DNA from: Takakia lepidozioides
Lineage: Eukaryota > Plantae > Bryophyta
Length of the DNA: 64,000 nt
Direction: 5' to 3'
NCBI GenBank assembly: GCA_030704615.1
Contig: CM060734.1
Span: 31,682,001-31,746,000, forward strand
How positions within the stretch are numbered: the stretch's first letter is position 1; every line of letters begins with the position of its first letter. Made by a program: the position numbers and the translations under genes. The notes below the pieces were generated by a model. The model searched no databases and was not told the origin of the DNA. It saw only the letters and a list, made by a program, of their open reading frames with translations. Below are positions 1-11,550 of the stretch, piece by piece.

Positions 1-214
1 GCACAAAAACCTCATATTGGGATTAATCTTGATGAAAAGCTTAAAATCTTGAAGAAGTAGAAGTTAAGACTTACTTCTAGTAGCTGATTGATCAACTTAG
101 CAAAATTTGATGGAGCCAAGAACACTGTACCTTCTGATATACAATGACTTCCCGGTTACTGTCCGTTAGCTGAGTATTAAGTGTAATCCCTATTTTTATG
201 ATTTATATTCAGGT

Positions 215-497
215 TAGTCTGAACGTATCCCCTGAATGTCATCTGTTTGCTTCAAATTTCTCATCTTGTCCCGGGCGAGCCAGGACGCGTTGAGGGCACG
301 AACTGTTTCTTCATTAGTTCCTTGAACCCACTCAAGCTCAAAGTCACTCGGTCTGGCCCTTGGTCCTGAAGACGTTTATGCCACCATTGTTGAGCATAAC
401 CCCTCAAATAGGTGGGCGTCACTTCCACCCGATCCTCGTCACTCAACTTGGCCGCCCGGAAGTACTGCTCTAGCTCCAGGAGCCAGGTATTGAGTGC
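215..497 (-). pseudogene. 3' part of a Ty3/gypsy gag (retrotransposon capsid region), interrupted by the 498-20470 element and truncated near 215
   Basis: Joins seamlessly with 20471-20829 across the AGTGC TSD: ...KPKEPDTFEGI*NWK|ALNTWLLELEQYFRAAKLSDEDRVEVTPTYLRGYAQQWW...FKELMKKQFVP, then after a frameshift LARDKMRNLKQTDDIQG. Confidence 0.85.
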
Positions 498-1468
498 TGT
501 TAGAGGGCTGCTTGGGACTTAGACGCTTTTACGGGTTCTGTGGGGTACCCTTAATTTTTGCGCAGACTGAGACCAACAGGAGCCTTAGGGGTGGCAGGCG
601 CAGGCTTTAGGGGGGTTAGACAGCTCGTCACAGTCTATCACAGCCAGACACAGCTTTACACAGCCCAACACAACTTCGCACAGCCAGTCACAGCCCAACA
701 CAGCTTTACACAGCCCGTCACAGTCTATCACAGCCAGACACAGTCTGACACAGCCAGTCACAGCCCGGCACAGCTTCACACAGCCCGACACAGCTTTACA
801 CAGCCAGTCACAGCTCGGCACAGCTTGACACAGCCTGTCACATTACATGGGGAACAGTTATCATTGACAGGGAACAACTGTGTGGGAACGACATCTGCAG
901 AGGGAACGTGTTACTTCAGGGGTGACGGTTAGTTAGTTAGGTGGTTAGAACAGCTTGCGGGTAGATTAGGCAGAGCGGCAACATGAAGGGGAACACTTCT
1001 TGAGGAGGGCGATTTGTTCAGGGGAGGAGGAGACGTAACGGAGAGCGGAAACAGTGAAGAGGAGATGATGACTTGATTGAGGCTTAATTCATGCAAGCTG
1101 TAAAATTATACAGTAGGGTAGATTAGAGACACCATGGCATAGGCATGATACATGATTAATCTTAACCGATACTGAATCGATATAAACATACTGTGTAGAG
1201 AGACACGAGAGAAGTTGTGGAATGAATGCATGATTAATTGGAACTTAGTAGATACTGAAGCAATCTGATGCTTCAGTATACACGGTAAGGTAAATTGATA
1301 ACGTGAAGGCAAGAAGGAATACAAATAGGAAGCACAACCATGATTCACTAGCTGCAGGTCATGACTGATTGTTCTGAGCGGGCTGAGTGCTTAGAGATAT
1401 CCAACTCTTCTATCTTGGAGTTTCCACCTCGGATAGCGAAGGGATGGGTGAGTAAAAGCCGCTCGACA
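498..1468 (+). repeat. 5' LTR
   Basis: TGTTAGAGGG...GCTCGACA; near-identical to 19499-20470; contains a 10 bp-period CACAGCnnnn tandem array at ~619-842. Confidence 0.95.
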
Positions 1469-1470
1469 TT

Positions 1471-1488
1471 TGGCGACCATACTCGGGA
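1471..1488 (+). promoter_or_regulatory. Primer-binding site, probably tRNA-Arg
   Basis: TGGCGACCATACTCGGGA, 2 nt after the LTR end; resembles the complement of a plant tRNA-Arg 3' end (tRNA identity is inference). Confidence 0.7.
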
Positions 1489-2234
1489 ACTGGGTCATGA
1501 ACAACCAGATGTGACAGACATCTGGTGGGATCATGGTGGTTGGAGAATTAAAGAATTTGATGTGAATCAAATTCCCTGTGGAACTGAGAAGGAAAGATTG
1601 TCTAAACAATTCTTTCAGAGGTTCTTGGAATTGCCTGATGGTTGTAAAGAAAACATTCTTAAGAGAGTGCATGATGCTGACCCTGAGTGGGGTCTGGATA
1701 AAAGAGTGATAAAGATTTATCAGGTGGCCTGTAGAGGAAGAGCACATTGGTTACCAACACTGGTTTATGTGATAGCATTGCTATCCATTAAGCGAGTAGA
1801 GTTTGAAGGCTGGGACACTAGAAGAGAAACCGGCTTTTTCCACGGCTTTTTCCACACTTTTTGTTGTGGAATCAGCCGCAGTCCACACCTGCCGTGGGTG
1901 TAAGAAACGACTAATGCTTTCGGACACCCCGTGGACGGCCTGGCTCTCGGGTGGCCCTGTGGAAAAGTCCACGGGTGGATTTTTTCACGGGGTGCATGGT
2001 GACATGGCCGCTGACATGGCCGATGGCATTGCTGATATGGCAGAGTGTGAAAAAAGCCAGTGTGGCATGTTTCACGGCGGATTTCACACCTTGAACAAGC
2101 CACTATGCGACACGTGTCATATTTCACACCTTCAAACAAGTCATTATGCAACACATGTTCGTTCATGTGTGGTGGTACGCATTAATTAATTATTAATGGA
2201 TTTCCAATATTAAGTTTGAATATTAATGGATTTA

Positions 2235-2270
<36 letters not shown>

Positions 2271-2439
2271 AGGGAAAATGGACAGTGGCCTCGATGAGAA
2301 CATTATTAAATAACAAAATATTGAAATTATGTTTTTTAAAACTATATTTATTCGCTCAGATACCAAAACACACCCTTGCAAGAAAGGAGAGTTTGCCTTA
2401 GTGTCTATGCTGAGTTGCGTCTCCTACTCTCTGTAATCT

Positions 2440-2930
2440 AATAGGCATTCACCTTTTTCCCTCGGTTGTCCCACCCTTGACTGGGGTCAGAAAAGCATTC
2501 ATTCCACAGTTTCTCCTCATCTCTGTTACATGTTTCTGGATACTTTCCTATTGTTACTTTGGCAGTATCATGTCAAAATCACTCCAAACTATGTACCATC
2601 TACCCATGCAGGTTTCTTGTAGCTATCCTTCCACAGGGAATCATAAGTAATCTGGAGCTTGAAATCCGGCCCTCTTGGATGACACTCTATCCCTGCTCCT
2701 TCAGCTATCCATGCCTCTGCACAGATCATGCATACATCTTTGCATTGCTGTTAGCAGCTGACAATGGCAGCCTAGATTTGTTCCAGCAAACACCCAACTC
2801 AAGTTATCACACCAGTTCCTATTCTCAATTGCATCTACCACTCTGTAATCCAAAGGCATTTACCTTCCAAGACGGTTGTCCCACCATTGACTGGGGTCAG
2901 AAAAGTATTCATTCCACAACTTCTCCTCTT
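2440..2930 (-). pseudogene. Captured OSB-like (organellar ssDNA-binding protein) PDF-motif exons
   Basis: EEKLWNEYFSDPSQWWDNRLG|gt and EEKLWNECFSDPSQGWDNRGKK|gt, plus HPRGPDFKLQITYDSLWKDSYKKPAWVDG. Confidence 0.7.
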
Positions 2931-3876
2931 TGTTACCTATTTCTGGATACTTTCCTGTTGTCACGTTGGCAGTATCATGTCAAAGTCACTCCAAACTATC
3001 AAAGGTTCACTCAACCAGCTAACTTGCAGAATTCTTGAAACATGAAAATGTAGGGTGATTCTGATAAGAGGGGAAAACAGAGTGAAATGACATGGCATTG
3101 AAAAGAACACAAGTTCATAGAGGGGGAATGGTACATGGGAGATTCAATGAGCTGCTTCACCATGGTCGCTTGTAGTTGGATATCACTTGAGACGAAGTGG
3201 GGAGGGTATAGGGCATGTAACCTGACCTGCATTCTGGTGTTTTCATAATGTGAGAGTCCTTGGTCTGTCATTGTTGTGGATGTTTTGAGATGGTGAGAAG
3301 CAACATGTTGTCTTAAGCATAGCGGAAATGTACATATATTGTTAGTGCTCATAATTATAAGTCCGAGTTCCTGTATGGTGTGGCAGGGGCATGTGCCTTA
3401 GGGTGCATAGGTCGGAGACATAGAACGTTGTCAACATGGTTATAGTAATTACTGGTACAGCAGTTGATAACATGCGCCATTTGGTAAGTAGACTTCAGAT
3501 AAGTATGTAAAAATAAGATATTGAGTGTTGATCCAAGAACCGGGGCATGTATCTCTAAATACATATCATAGGATGGAAGTGAGATAATGAAATCATAGAA
3601 CAAGACAACATAAAGAGCATGTACAGATATCCCTGGATTTTTATCAAATAGAGGGGGAGTGTGGCATGTACATTTGGAAAGCGGGCATGTGCATGAGAGT
3701 AAAATGATCAGAAGTATACTGTTGATCCAAGAACAGGGGCATGTGCCATTGAGTATACATCATAAACAGGAGGTGAAGTAAAGAGGTCACTGTACCTGCA
3801 GACACCATCCGAAGAAAGAGACCAGGTTCAGAGGTTGGGCAGCCTGAATCTGTGAAGTTGAGAGTCCCAAGCAACA

Positions 3877-4971
3877 TCAAAGCCCACCCACCATACTCAA
3901 CCCCAGTCGATCAGCCTTAGTGGCAGGGAAAAGAATGGCAGCCCACTCGCCAATGCTTCCATACCCCGGGGTGCTTAGTTTGTCAAACTCGGAGTTGAGG
4001 GAAAAACTACCAGCCAACGCGTGGGTGAAATTTGACGGAGCAACAGATTGGCCATAACCTGCACACATCTTCATACGCCCAATACATGCAGTGGCGCAGG
4101 GAGAAACAGCCTCCTCAAAGAGACCATGACACTTAATTAATTTGAAACCCTGATAAGTGAGAGCTTGTGCGTTGCGTTGTGCCTCCACTGGTCTAGAAAT
4201 CTGGCTAGCATATGGGGCAGCCTGATGGCATGAGATCAGCCTAAGCCTGAATGGTTTTGGTGTCTTTGCCTTTTCCCAGTTCTCCTTGTCTACATGGAAT
4301 GTGCCAGATCTCACTGATTGCAGAAGTTGGAGTTCATGCAATAATACAACATCAATGCTGATCCCTTCTCTTTGTATCAGGGATTGAGTTTCTTGCAGCA
4401 CCCCAAGGGCCTCATTAGAAGGCCTGAGATGCCATTCCGTGTTGCCATTGCCCCAATATAGCAGCATCAACCACAGAGCCTGAAGCAATTTTAAGACTGC
4501 CTCCTGATGACACCTAGCCTTTTCCAGCAATTTGGCAGCATTCGTCAGGGATTCAAGCCGCTTGCAACCCTTGTGTTCACATGTTGTCTTTGAGATGATC
4601 AGATTATGGCCACCAAAAGGTGTTTGAGAGGGTTGATCAATGAGAATGTAAGCCCAGATTTGTGGCGTTCTTTCCTGAGAGTTAGTGTGATACCGTTCAA
4701 AGATCTGGCTAATGTCGCCGAGGTTGGCCTGGCCCATAACAACTTGGAGATAGTGGCACAGCTCGATGCTCCTCATTGGCTCGTAGGGTTGACTAAAAAC
4801 AGATATGTCCTTGCCCACGCAATGTTGCCGCAGGATCTGAAAGCAACGCTTGAATTTGTCCTTGACGAATTTGGTTCTGGTACTGGATTGTAGAGCATAA
4901 TGGGCTTGGAATCCACAAGCTGCAGACAGGCTTGAAAATCTATGACTGAGTTGGTGGTGCTGCCACAGCAT
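3877..4971 (-). CDS. Unidentified 364-codon open frame inside the CACTA (probable captured gene fragment)
   Basis: Uninterrupted ORF; helical/TPR-like stretch AAKLLEKARCHQEAVLKLLQALWLMLLYWGNG..W; no confident family match. Confidence 0.35.
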   Translation of the reverse strand: MLWQHHQLSHRFSSLSAACGFQAHYALQSSTRTKFVKDKFKRCFQILRQHCVGKDISVFSQPYEPMRSIELCHYLQVVMGQANLGDISQIFERYHTNSQERTPQIWAYILIDQPSQTPFGGHNLIISKTTCEHKGCKRLESLTNAAKLLEKARCHQEAVLKLLQALWLMLLYWGNGNTEWHLRPSNEALGVLQETQSLIQREGISIDVVLLHELQLLQSVRSGTFHVDKENWEKAKTPKPFRLRLISCHQAAPYASQISRPVEAQRNAQALTYQGFKLIKCHGLFEEAVSPCATACIGRMKMCAGYGQSVAPSNFTHALAGSFSLNSEFDKLSTPGYGSIGEWAAILFPATKADRLGLSMVGGL

Positions 4972-5359
4972 AGCCCTTCCTCAGGTCCTCTCCATCCACC
5001 ACCAAAAGCCAAGGAAGGCCATCATGAACAAAGCTGACCTTGGCCATTGTGCTGACGTGGAGCACGAAATGAACACCCAAGGGTTCCCTGCAACCAGAAA
5101 GCCAGCGAACAGACTGTCAAAAACTGAGGAGAACCTTGTATAAGAACAGATTGAAGCACTCATCTTACAAGCTTGTGACCATTTTCTCTTGCCTATAAAG
5201 TTACGCTCTGTAATGCAGACATATTCCCAGTTCCTACTACCTTTTAGTACCTACGCTCTCATGTTTGTGCCATCCAAAGCTTGCTTCATGCCTCACTCTA
5301 TCATTACAGCTATGTCTATTTTTCCATAGGGAATCACCCATTCCCGCATCATTGCTCAT

Positions 5360-6195
5360 AGGTCTCCAAAGCCTCCATCCGCGCCCTTGTTGTGCATATC
5401 TTGCAATCATCGCACTCCACGACACCACATCTCGTTCAGCCATACTATCGAACACTTCCTTTGCATCCTCGATACACCCATATTTGGCATAAATGCAGTC
5501 CACCAGGGCAGTGTTCAGAATGACATCGGGTACAGCATGCATGGTACTAACAGGAGCCAAAAGCCCACATTTGTAGGATGGACAAACTTCTTTACATCCT
5601 ACATTAAGAAAAAGCCACACCTTGCGATTGCGATTGTCCCACCATCGTGAAGAAACTCATGCCAGCTCTGCTCCGTGCTGCAAATTCAGGGCTGAGTCTG
5701 ATGAGAGGGCAAAGCAGGCTGAAATAGGTCGAAGAAGAAAGTGCCCTCACCACATTGTCCTCGACCTTGAGTCATGACCCATGGAGGATTTGGCTGACCA
5801 TGAACCCAAGAGGACCTCTTGTGTGTGCTGCATGTGTTTGTAGTCTGGCAATGTCAGATTGGTCAATGAGAACCACCACGGTGCAATTGAGCGGGCAGAG
5901 ATTGAAACACAGCCTGCGTTAGGGTTCAACCTGTCTGGCATCATTTCCTCATATGTCTCCAAAGCCTTCGTACCACACTGCGATCATTGCATTCCACGAC
6001 ACGACATCTTGACAGCCATTTCGTCGAACACACCCTTCGCATCCTTGGAGAACTCATGGCTGTTGTCCCACCATCGTGAAGGGTAAAACTCATGCCAACT
6101 CTGCTCCGTGCTGCAAATTCAGGGCCGAGTCTGATGAGAGGGCAAAACATGCTGAAATAGGTCGAAGAAGAATGTGCCCTCACCACATTGGCCTC
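5360..6195 (-). pseudogene. Mosaic of PLS-class PPR fragments and OSB PDF-motif fragments
   Basis: PDVILNTALVD..YAKYGCIEDAKEVFDSMAERDVVSWSAMIARYAQQG (5360-5530); second PPR piece 5915-6050; WWDNRNRK|gt and PDYKH...PPWV pieces. Confidence 0.8.
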
Positions 6196-9100
6196 GAGTT
6201 CCTGCTATCACGATGCTTGGCACTAAGAAAGACCGGACCCCAAAAAACGCTAAGTCCCAACCCTGCACACCGCGACCTAGCAGCCCTAAATTCGAGCCAA
6301 CTTTTAAAGTTTTTGAATGTTTTGCACCCTAACATTATATAAAATAATTATATGGTCCATGTAATTATGTGAAGGTATTTTTAGCTATATATATATGTTA
6401 GGGTGCAAAACGTATATATATAACAAGGTACAAAGGCCCTGGTTAATTTATTTACTGGGTAAGGTTCGTAGTCATATGAGTAGTTAAAACAACTATTTCT
6501 ATCTAATACTGATTTATATATTTCAATTTACATGAATTTAAAATATAATTGTGGAGTTGCTAATGAAGTTGTTGAAACCACTTACAATTTAAAATAATCA
6601 CCTTGTATAGAGACTCACCATGCTACCCACCTAGACTTGGGTTTCCTTTTTGGTCTCTTGTTAAAATTCTATGGATTTTTTTGAAATATTCTGGTTTTTT
6701 CTTTGATGTGTGAGATGACAAAGTCCAAGCATGTCACATAAACAAGGAGTTTAACGTAAGGATGATGCAAGTGATTTGTGGCAAAAAATGTAAATCATGC
6801 CTATGCTTGTTTGTCTTAGTTGTGTCATAGGTTGCAACGGAAGAGGGCCACCTTTGAATGCGATCCCCATGCTCATTTCACCAAGGGCATTATAGACTTC
6901 ATAATGTAGAGATTGAAAATGGGGTGTAGCAGGGGGTGATTCTTCACTTGCTAGTAGCCCATCGTGCAGATTTCTAAACATGAACATGAAGCTCATGATC
7001 ATTTTCCAAGGGCATCATTCTCAAACTCCCCATACACCACAAATGTGGAAATTCTATGGACCCATTTCACACATGTGTGTGACATGCCATGTAAACTAAG
7101 CCAACTCCCGCCACGCTCATGGTTGTTTTCACACCGTTCTTGCCTCGGGTGTGGATCACATGTGAGACACCCCACAGTTAGGGCATATTTTGAACCACAC
7201 CTTGGCTCACTCTACAGACCCGTGATAAAAGCCGTGGAATGTGCCAGGTGTGAGATGGCATACCCATGGAAAAAACCGGTTTCTCTTCTAGTGGGAGGAA
7301 TTGAAGGTGAATGTTTATACTCATATGCATGAGGAGCTTGTCCTGGTAAAGAATTGGATTCCAAAGGATATTCTGTGGATCAAACTCACAGACTTGTTTG
7401 CTATATGGTTATATGGTAACGGAGACTTCTAGTATAGCCAAGGGTGCATTGAAGCTTGAAAGAAACCCAGGCATATACGAGAGATACTACAGAAGAGAGT
7501 TTTGGTTATTGCCACATTAAAGAAATGAAAGACATGGGCCATGAGTGATGAAAGAGAAGCTAGACTCTAGAGATATTCAGCAAAAAGAGAAAGTTATCTG
7601 AAAGCTAATTATCCATACCTTTGGGAGAGAGAATCATCTAGACCTCTCACACCATTAAGATCAGAGAGTACATCACCCATACCAGAAGAATTAGAGTTGG
7701 ATGCCACTCCTTCTTTTTCTTTGCAAGAAAGATTAAGGGAATTGGTACAGGAAGAAGATCAACCACAAGGTGAAAGATCTAAGGTACATCCCTGGATAAA
7801 AGATTTGATAGAAATCTTTGATAAGAGTTGGCATGTAACATCAAAAGCAGAAACTCCAGTTTCTGAAACAGAAGATGAAGAAAGAGGAGAGGATGTGGTA
7901 GAGCCAACGGAGAGTTCAAACTCTCCAACACCATTGCAATTGAGTTACATGAGTGAAGAAGAAGAAACCCAAGGGCAGAACTTGGAAGATGAAAACAGAG
8001 AGAAGAAATTGGAAGATGAAGAGTATGAAGAAGTAGACCCAACAGCTAAGGTTGAGACTACAACCAGGACATCCCAACCCGTTGGACCTGGATCAAGTGG
8101 AGCACTTGGATCACAAGCCAACGAAGTTGTCGGCTCAGGGGGATCAAGCGGGCGGCCTGGATCTGGCTCTGGGGGGACAGGGAGTGTGGGAAGTAGTGCA
8201 ATTGGAGCTGGGAATACTATGAATATAGTGAGGCCAGTAGCAGGGAGTGCTCAGGGGCTAGCACTTGGTGGAAGTTCCACCACAACTACCACAGGTCCTC
8301 AAGGATCAGCACCAGCAAGGGGGCCAGCACCTATCAGTGGGCAGGGGGTAGGGCCACAGATGGCGTTACAACCAACACGGGAAAAACCACATTTTCCAAT
8401 ATATTCAGGAAAAGGGGATCCTGATGTACACATTAGCCAATTTGAGCACATGTGTATAGTGAACAATGAGAATGGCGATGATGCCAAGATGAGACTGTTT
8501 CCTTGTTCACTTATAAAGAAAGCAAGTGAATGGTATGCAAGATTCCCTGATAATCATTTCCTAACCTGGAATGGCTTGAATACAGCATTCCGAAATAGGT
8601 TCAGGACAAGTAAAACTGAGGATGAAGTGTATGGAAGTTTACAACAGTTAAAGCAAAAGAAGCATGAAATTGTTGAGGAGTATATGGAAAAGATGAAATT
8701 GATGATGAAAAAGCTGGCTGCTGTACCAGCACCAGATTTACAGAAGACTTGGTTTGTGAGTGGACTAAGACCAGAGTTGCAAAAGAAAGTGGATATGCTA
8801 CCCCATAATACAGTGGATGAGGCATTTGAAACAACGAACAGAATTGAGCAATTGAGAATGCTCAGGAGAGAGAAAATGGATGATGAGGACTTTGAGGATG
8901 AGTCAGATGAGGAAGAAGAGCAAGAGCTTAAGAGGAAGAGTAAGAAGAAGGAAAAGTTGAAGAGGGATAACTATAGAAAAGATTGGAAGAAATCTTGAAG
9001 AAGTATGCCACAGAGGCTGCAACACATTGGAAGAAGGGTGTTTGGTGTGCAAAATGCCAGAATGAAGGCCATACCACCACTGAATGCCACATGAAGGAGA

Positions 9101-10019
9101 AACACTGTACTATCTGTAAAATGGATAACCATTCTACTGAGAATTGTTACTACAACAGAAGGACAGCAGCAAGAGAACCTAGGCAAGTAAGGGTGCATCA
9201 AGTGCAGCCCCAGCCAAGAAGAAACAGTGATCAGGACCACTATGGTAGGTCTGGTGGTTATAACAATGGCATGGAAGGGAGAGGTAATCCAAGAGGGAAT
9301 TACCAAGGAAATTCTAGATGCAACTATCAGGGTAATCCAAGGGGGAATTACCAGCCAGGGAATCAGGATTACAGAAACAATCCCAGAACAGACCAAGGGC
9401 AAGGACCTAATGGGGAAGAACTGTGTTACTATTGTAATCAGGCAGGACATCGCAAGGCAGCCTGTCCATTCTGGATCAGACACCAGAATGAGATGAGAGC
9501 TCCTGTGAATGAGGGGCCAATGGTGGCAGCTCACATGGTTAGGCCATGTGTTGTACCAGAAGTAAGTACAATGATAGTAACCAGAATCAAAGCCAAAATA
9601 ATACCTCGAGTAGATTAGGAAGGTGATGATAATGAAGATGGCAGTGATGTGCCTGAAGATGGAGAGATGAGAAGGAATTGCACAAGGAAGTGACGGATAC
9701 CATTAGGGAAATGCAGAAGAGTACTGATATTCCTATGGCAGATTCCTCTGATTCTGAAAGAGAAGAGGAAGTGAGTGAGGATGAAGGGAAGAAAGAAGCT
9801 GCAAAAATGCAGAGTAATGAAGGGACTTTGGTTGAAGTAATATGCCAGTCCAAAGCGGAGATTGCCATTGGACAGCTATTGGCTGTGGCACCTTATTGTA
9901 GACACAAGTTGTATCAAGCAATCAATCGGATTGCCCATGTGACAGGGAACACAGACCTGAACAACAAGGTGACCAGTTATAATGTGAAGCCGGAAGGGCG
10001 AGAAACAGTCATGGACTTT

Positions 10020-10400
10020 GATGATTCTATGCCTGTAATCCAATTGAGAATTGGAAGCACAGAACTAACTGATGTACTGATAGATGGAGGCTCTGGAGTG
10101 AATATCATGACAGACCAATTAAGGTAGAAGCTTGGTCTAAGTAACATGAAACCAGCCCCATTTATAGTAACAATGGCAGATCAAAGAAGTGTTCAGCCAT
10201 TGGGATTGATAAGAGGAGTTAAGATACAGATTCAAAAGATGATCTTTAAGATCACAGTAACTGTGTTGAAAATGGATGAAGTCATGGAAGCTTACTCCTT
10301 ATTGCTGGGTTGACCGTGGCTGAAACAGACCAGGGTATTCCATGACTGGAATTCCCAGTTACTAACTGTGCATGATGGGATGCACAAGATACAAATCACC
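10020..10400 (+). pseudogene. Aspartic protease of the gypsy element
   Basis: VLIDGGSGVNI...MADQRSVQPLG...LLLG*PWL; in-frame stops. Confidence 0.85.
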
Positions 10401-10968
10401 ACTAAGAAATCTAGTAGATTACCTGCTACGAGAAGACCTTGAGGGGTCAGGCAGTATGACTGGAGGGGAGGACTTGATGAGGAGCAGGAAGCTACCCTGT
10501 TCGCTGCACACCCAGAGTGGGAGCAAGTTGCAGAGATGCAACTGGAAGGCCTAAGTTGTTTAAAAGGTATCTGATGTGGTGTAGTGACGGCAACACCAAT
10601 TTAGGAAAGGTATCCCAATTGGCGAGAAGCAGAAATGGGGGGGATAGGTCATGGGGGGGATCGGTCTAAAACTCAGGGGGGCCAGTCAGAAAAACAGATG
10701 CAGCATGAACATGGGGGGGATCAGACTAATAAGGAGGAGGGGGAGCAGCCTGCCAGCCCTTCCCCTCCTGTAGGGGATGAGGCCATGGACATCGACGACG
10801 CCTTCCCCCACTCGTCCTGGAACGTTTATACTCTTGCTGCTTGCAACATGGGCTTCTCCCTTCCAATTTTGCTGACCAGAATGACGAAAGATTCTGGGAT
10901 GCATTTGTGAATTTTGCTTGGACTGGAGGGTTTGCAACGTGAGTGGAGAGGGCTGAACGCCGCTGGAG

Positions 10969-11550
10969 AACAGTTAAGGCAAAAGAAGCATGAAATTGTT
11001 GAAGAGTACATGGAAAAGATGGAGTTAATGATGAAAAAGTTGGCTGCTGTACCAGTACCAGGATTACAGAAGACTTGGTTTGTGAGTGGACAAGACCAGA
11101 GTTGCAAAAGAAAGTGGATATGCTACCCCATAATACAGTGGAGGAGGCATTTGAAACAGCTAACAGAATTGAGCAATTGGGAATGCTCAGGAGAGAGAAA
11201 ATGGATGATGAGGACTCTGAGGATGAGTCAGATGAGGAAGAAGAGCAAGAGCTCAAGAGGAAGAGTAAGAAGAAGGAAAAGTTGAAGAGGGATAACTATG
11301 AGAAAAGATTGGAAGACATCTTGAAGAAGTATGCCACAGAGGCTGCAACACATTGGAAGAAGGGTGTTTGGTGTGCAAAATATCCAAGTGGGAATTACCA
11401 AGAAAATCCCAGAGGCAACTATCAGGGTAGTCCAAGGGGGAATTACCAGCCAGGGAATCAAGATTATAGAAATAATTCCAGAGCAGATCAAGGGCGAGGA
11501 CCCAATGGTGAAGAACTGTGTTATTATTGTAATCAGGCAGGACATTGCAA
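10969..11550 (+). repeat. Second, internally deleted copy of gag segment 8643-9454, fused directly to RT
   Basis: Direct alignment with 8643-9454, lacking ~9055-9287. Confidence 0.9.

Larger units (their letters stand above)
1816..7293. mobile_element. Non-autonomous CACTA (EnSpm) DNA transposon carrying captured gene fragments
   Basis: TIR CACTAGAAGAGAAACCGG(C/T)TTTTTCCA at both ends, 3 bp TSD GGA (1813-1815, 7294-7296), subterminal CCACGG/CCGTGG repeats, no transposase. Confidence 0.95.
1490..9618 (+). pseudogene. gag with long N-terminal extension, split by the CACTA insertion; capsid region 8360-8860, CCHC knuckles 9040-9470
   Basis: Frame joins across the CACTA TSD (...VEFEGW|EELKVNVYTHM...); FPIYSGKGDPDVHISQF...ASEWY motif; CAKCQNEGHTTTEC, CTICKMDNHSTENC and CYYCNQAGHRKAAC; several stops and a 1 nt deletion near 8975. 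Confidence 0.85.

Noticed and set aside
1-214. AT-rich sequence truncating the minus-strand gag
   Set aside because: No terminal motif or coding signal identifiable; the other boundary lies outside the window
558-932. ORFs with repetitive HS/QPVT or CDWLC peptides
   Set aside because: Translations of the 10 bp LTR tandem array; not credible proteins
3100-3878. ATAGAGGGGGA(A/G) tracts followed by TG...CA, suggesting a copia PPT/LTR remnant
   Set aside because: No partner LTR, TSD or coding evidence
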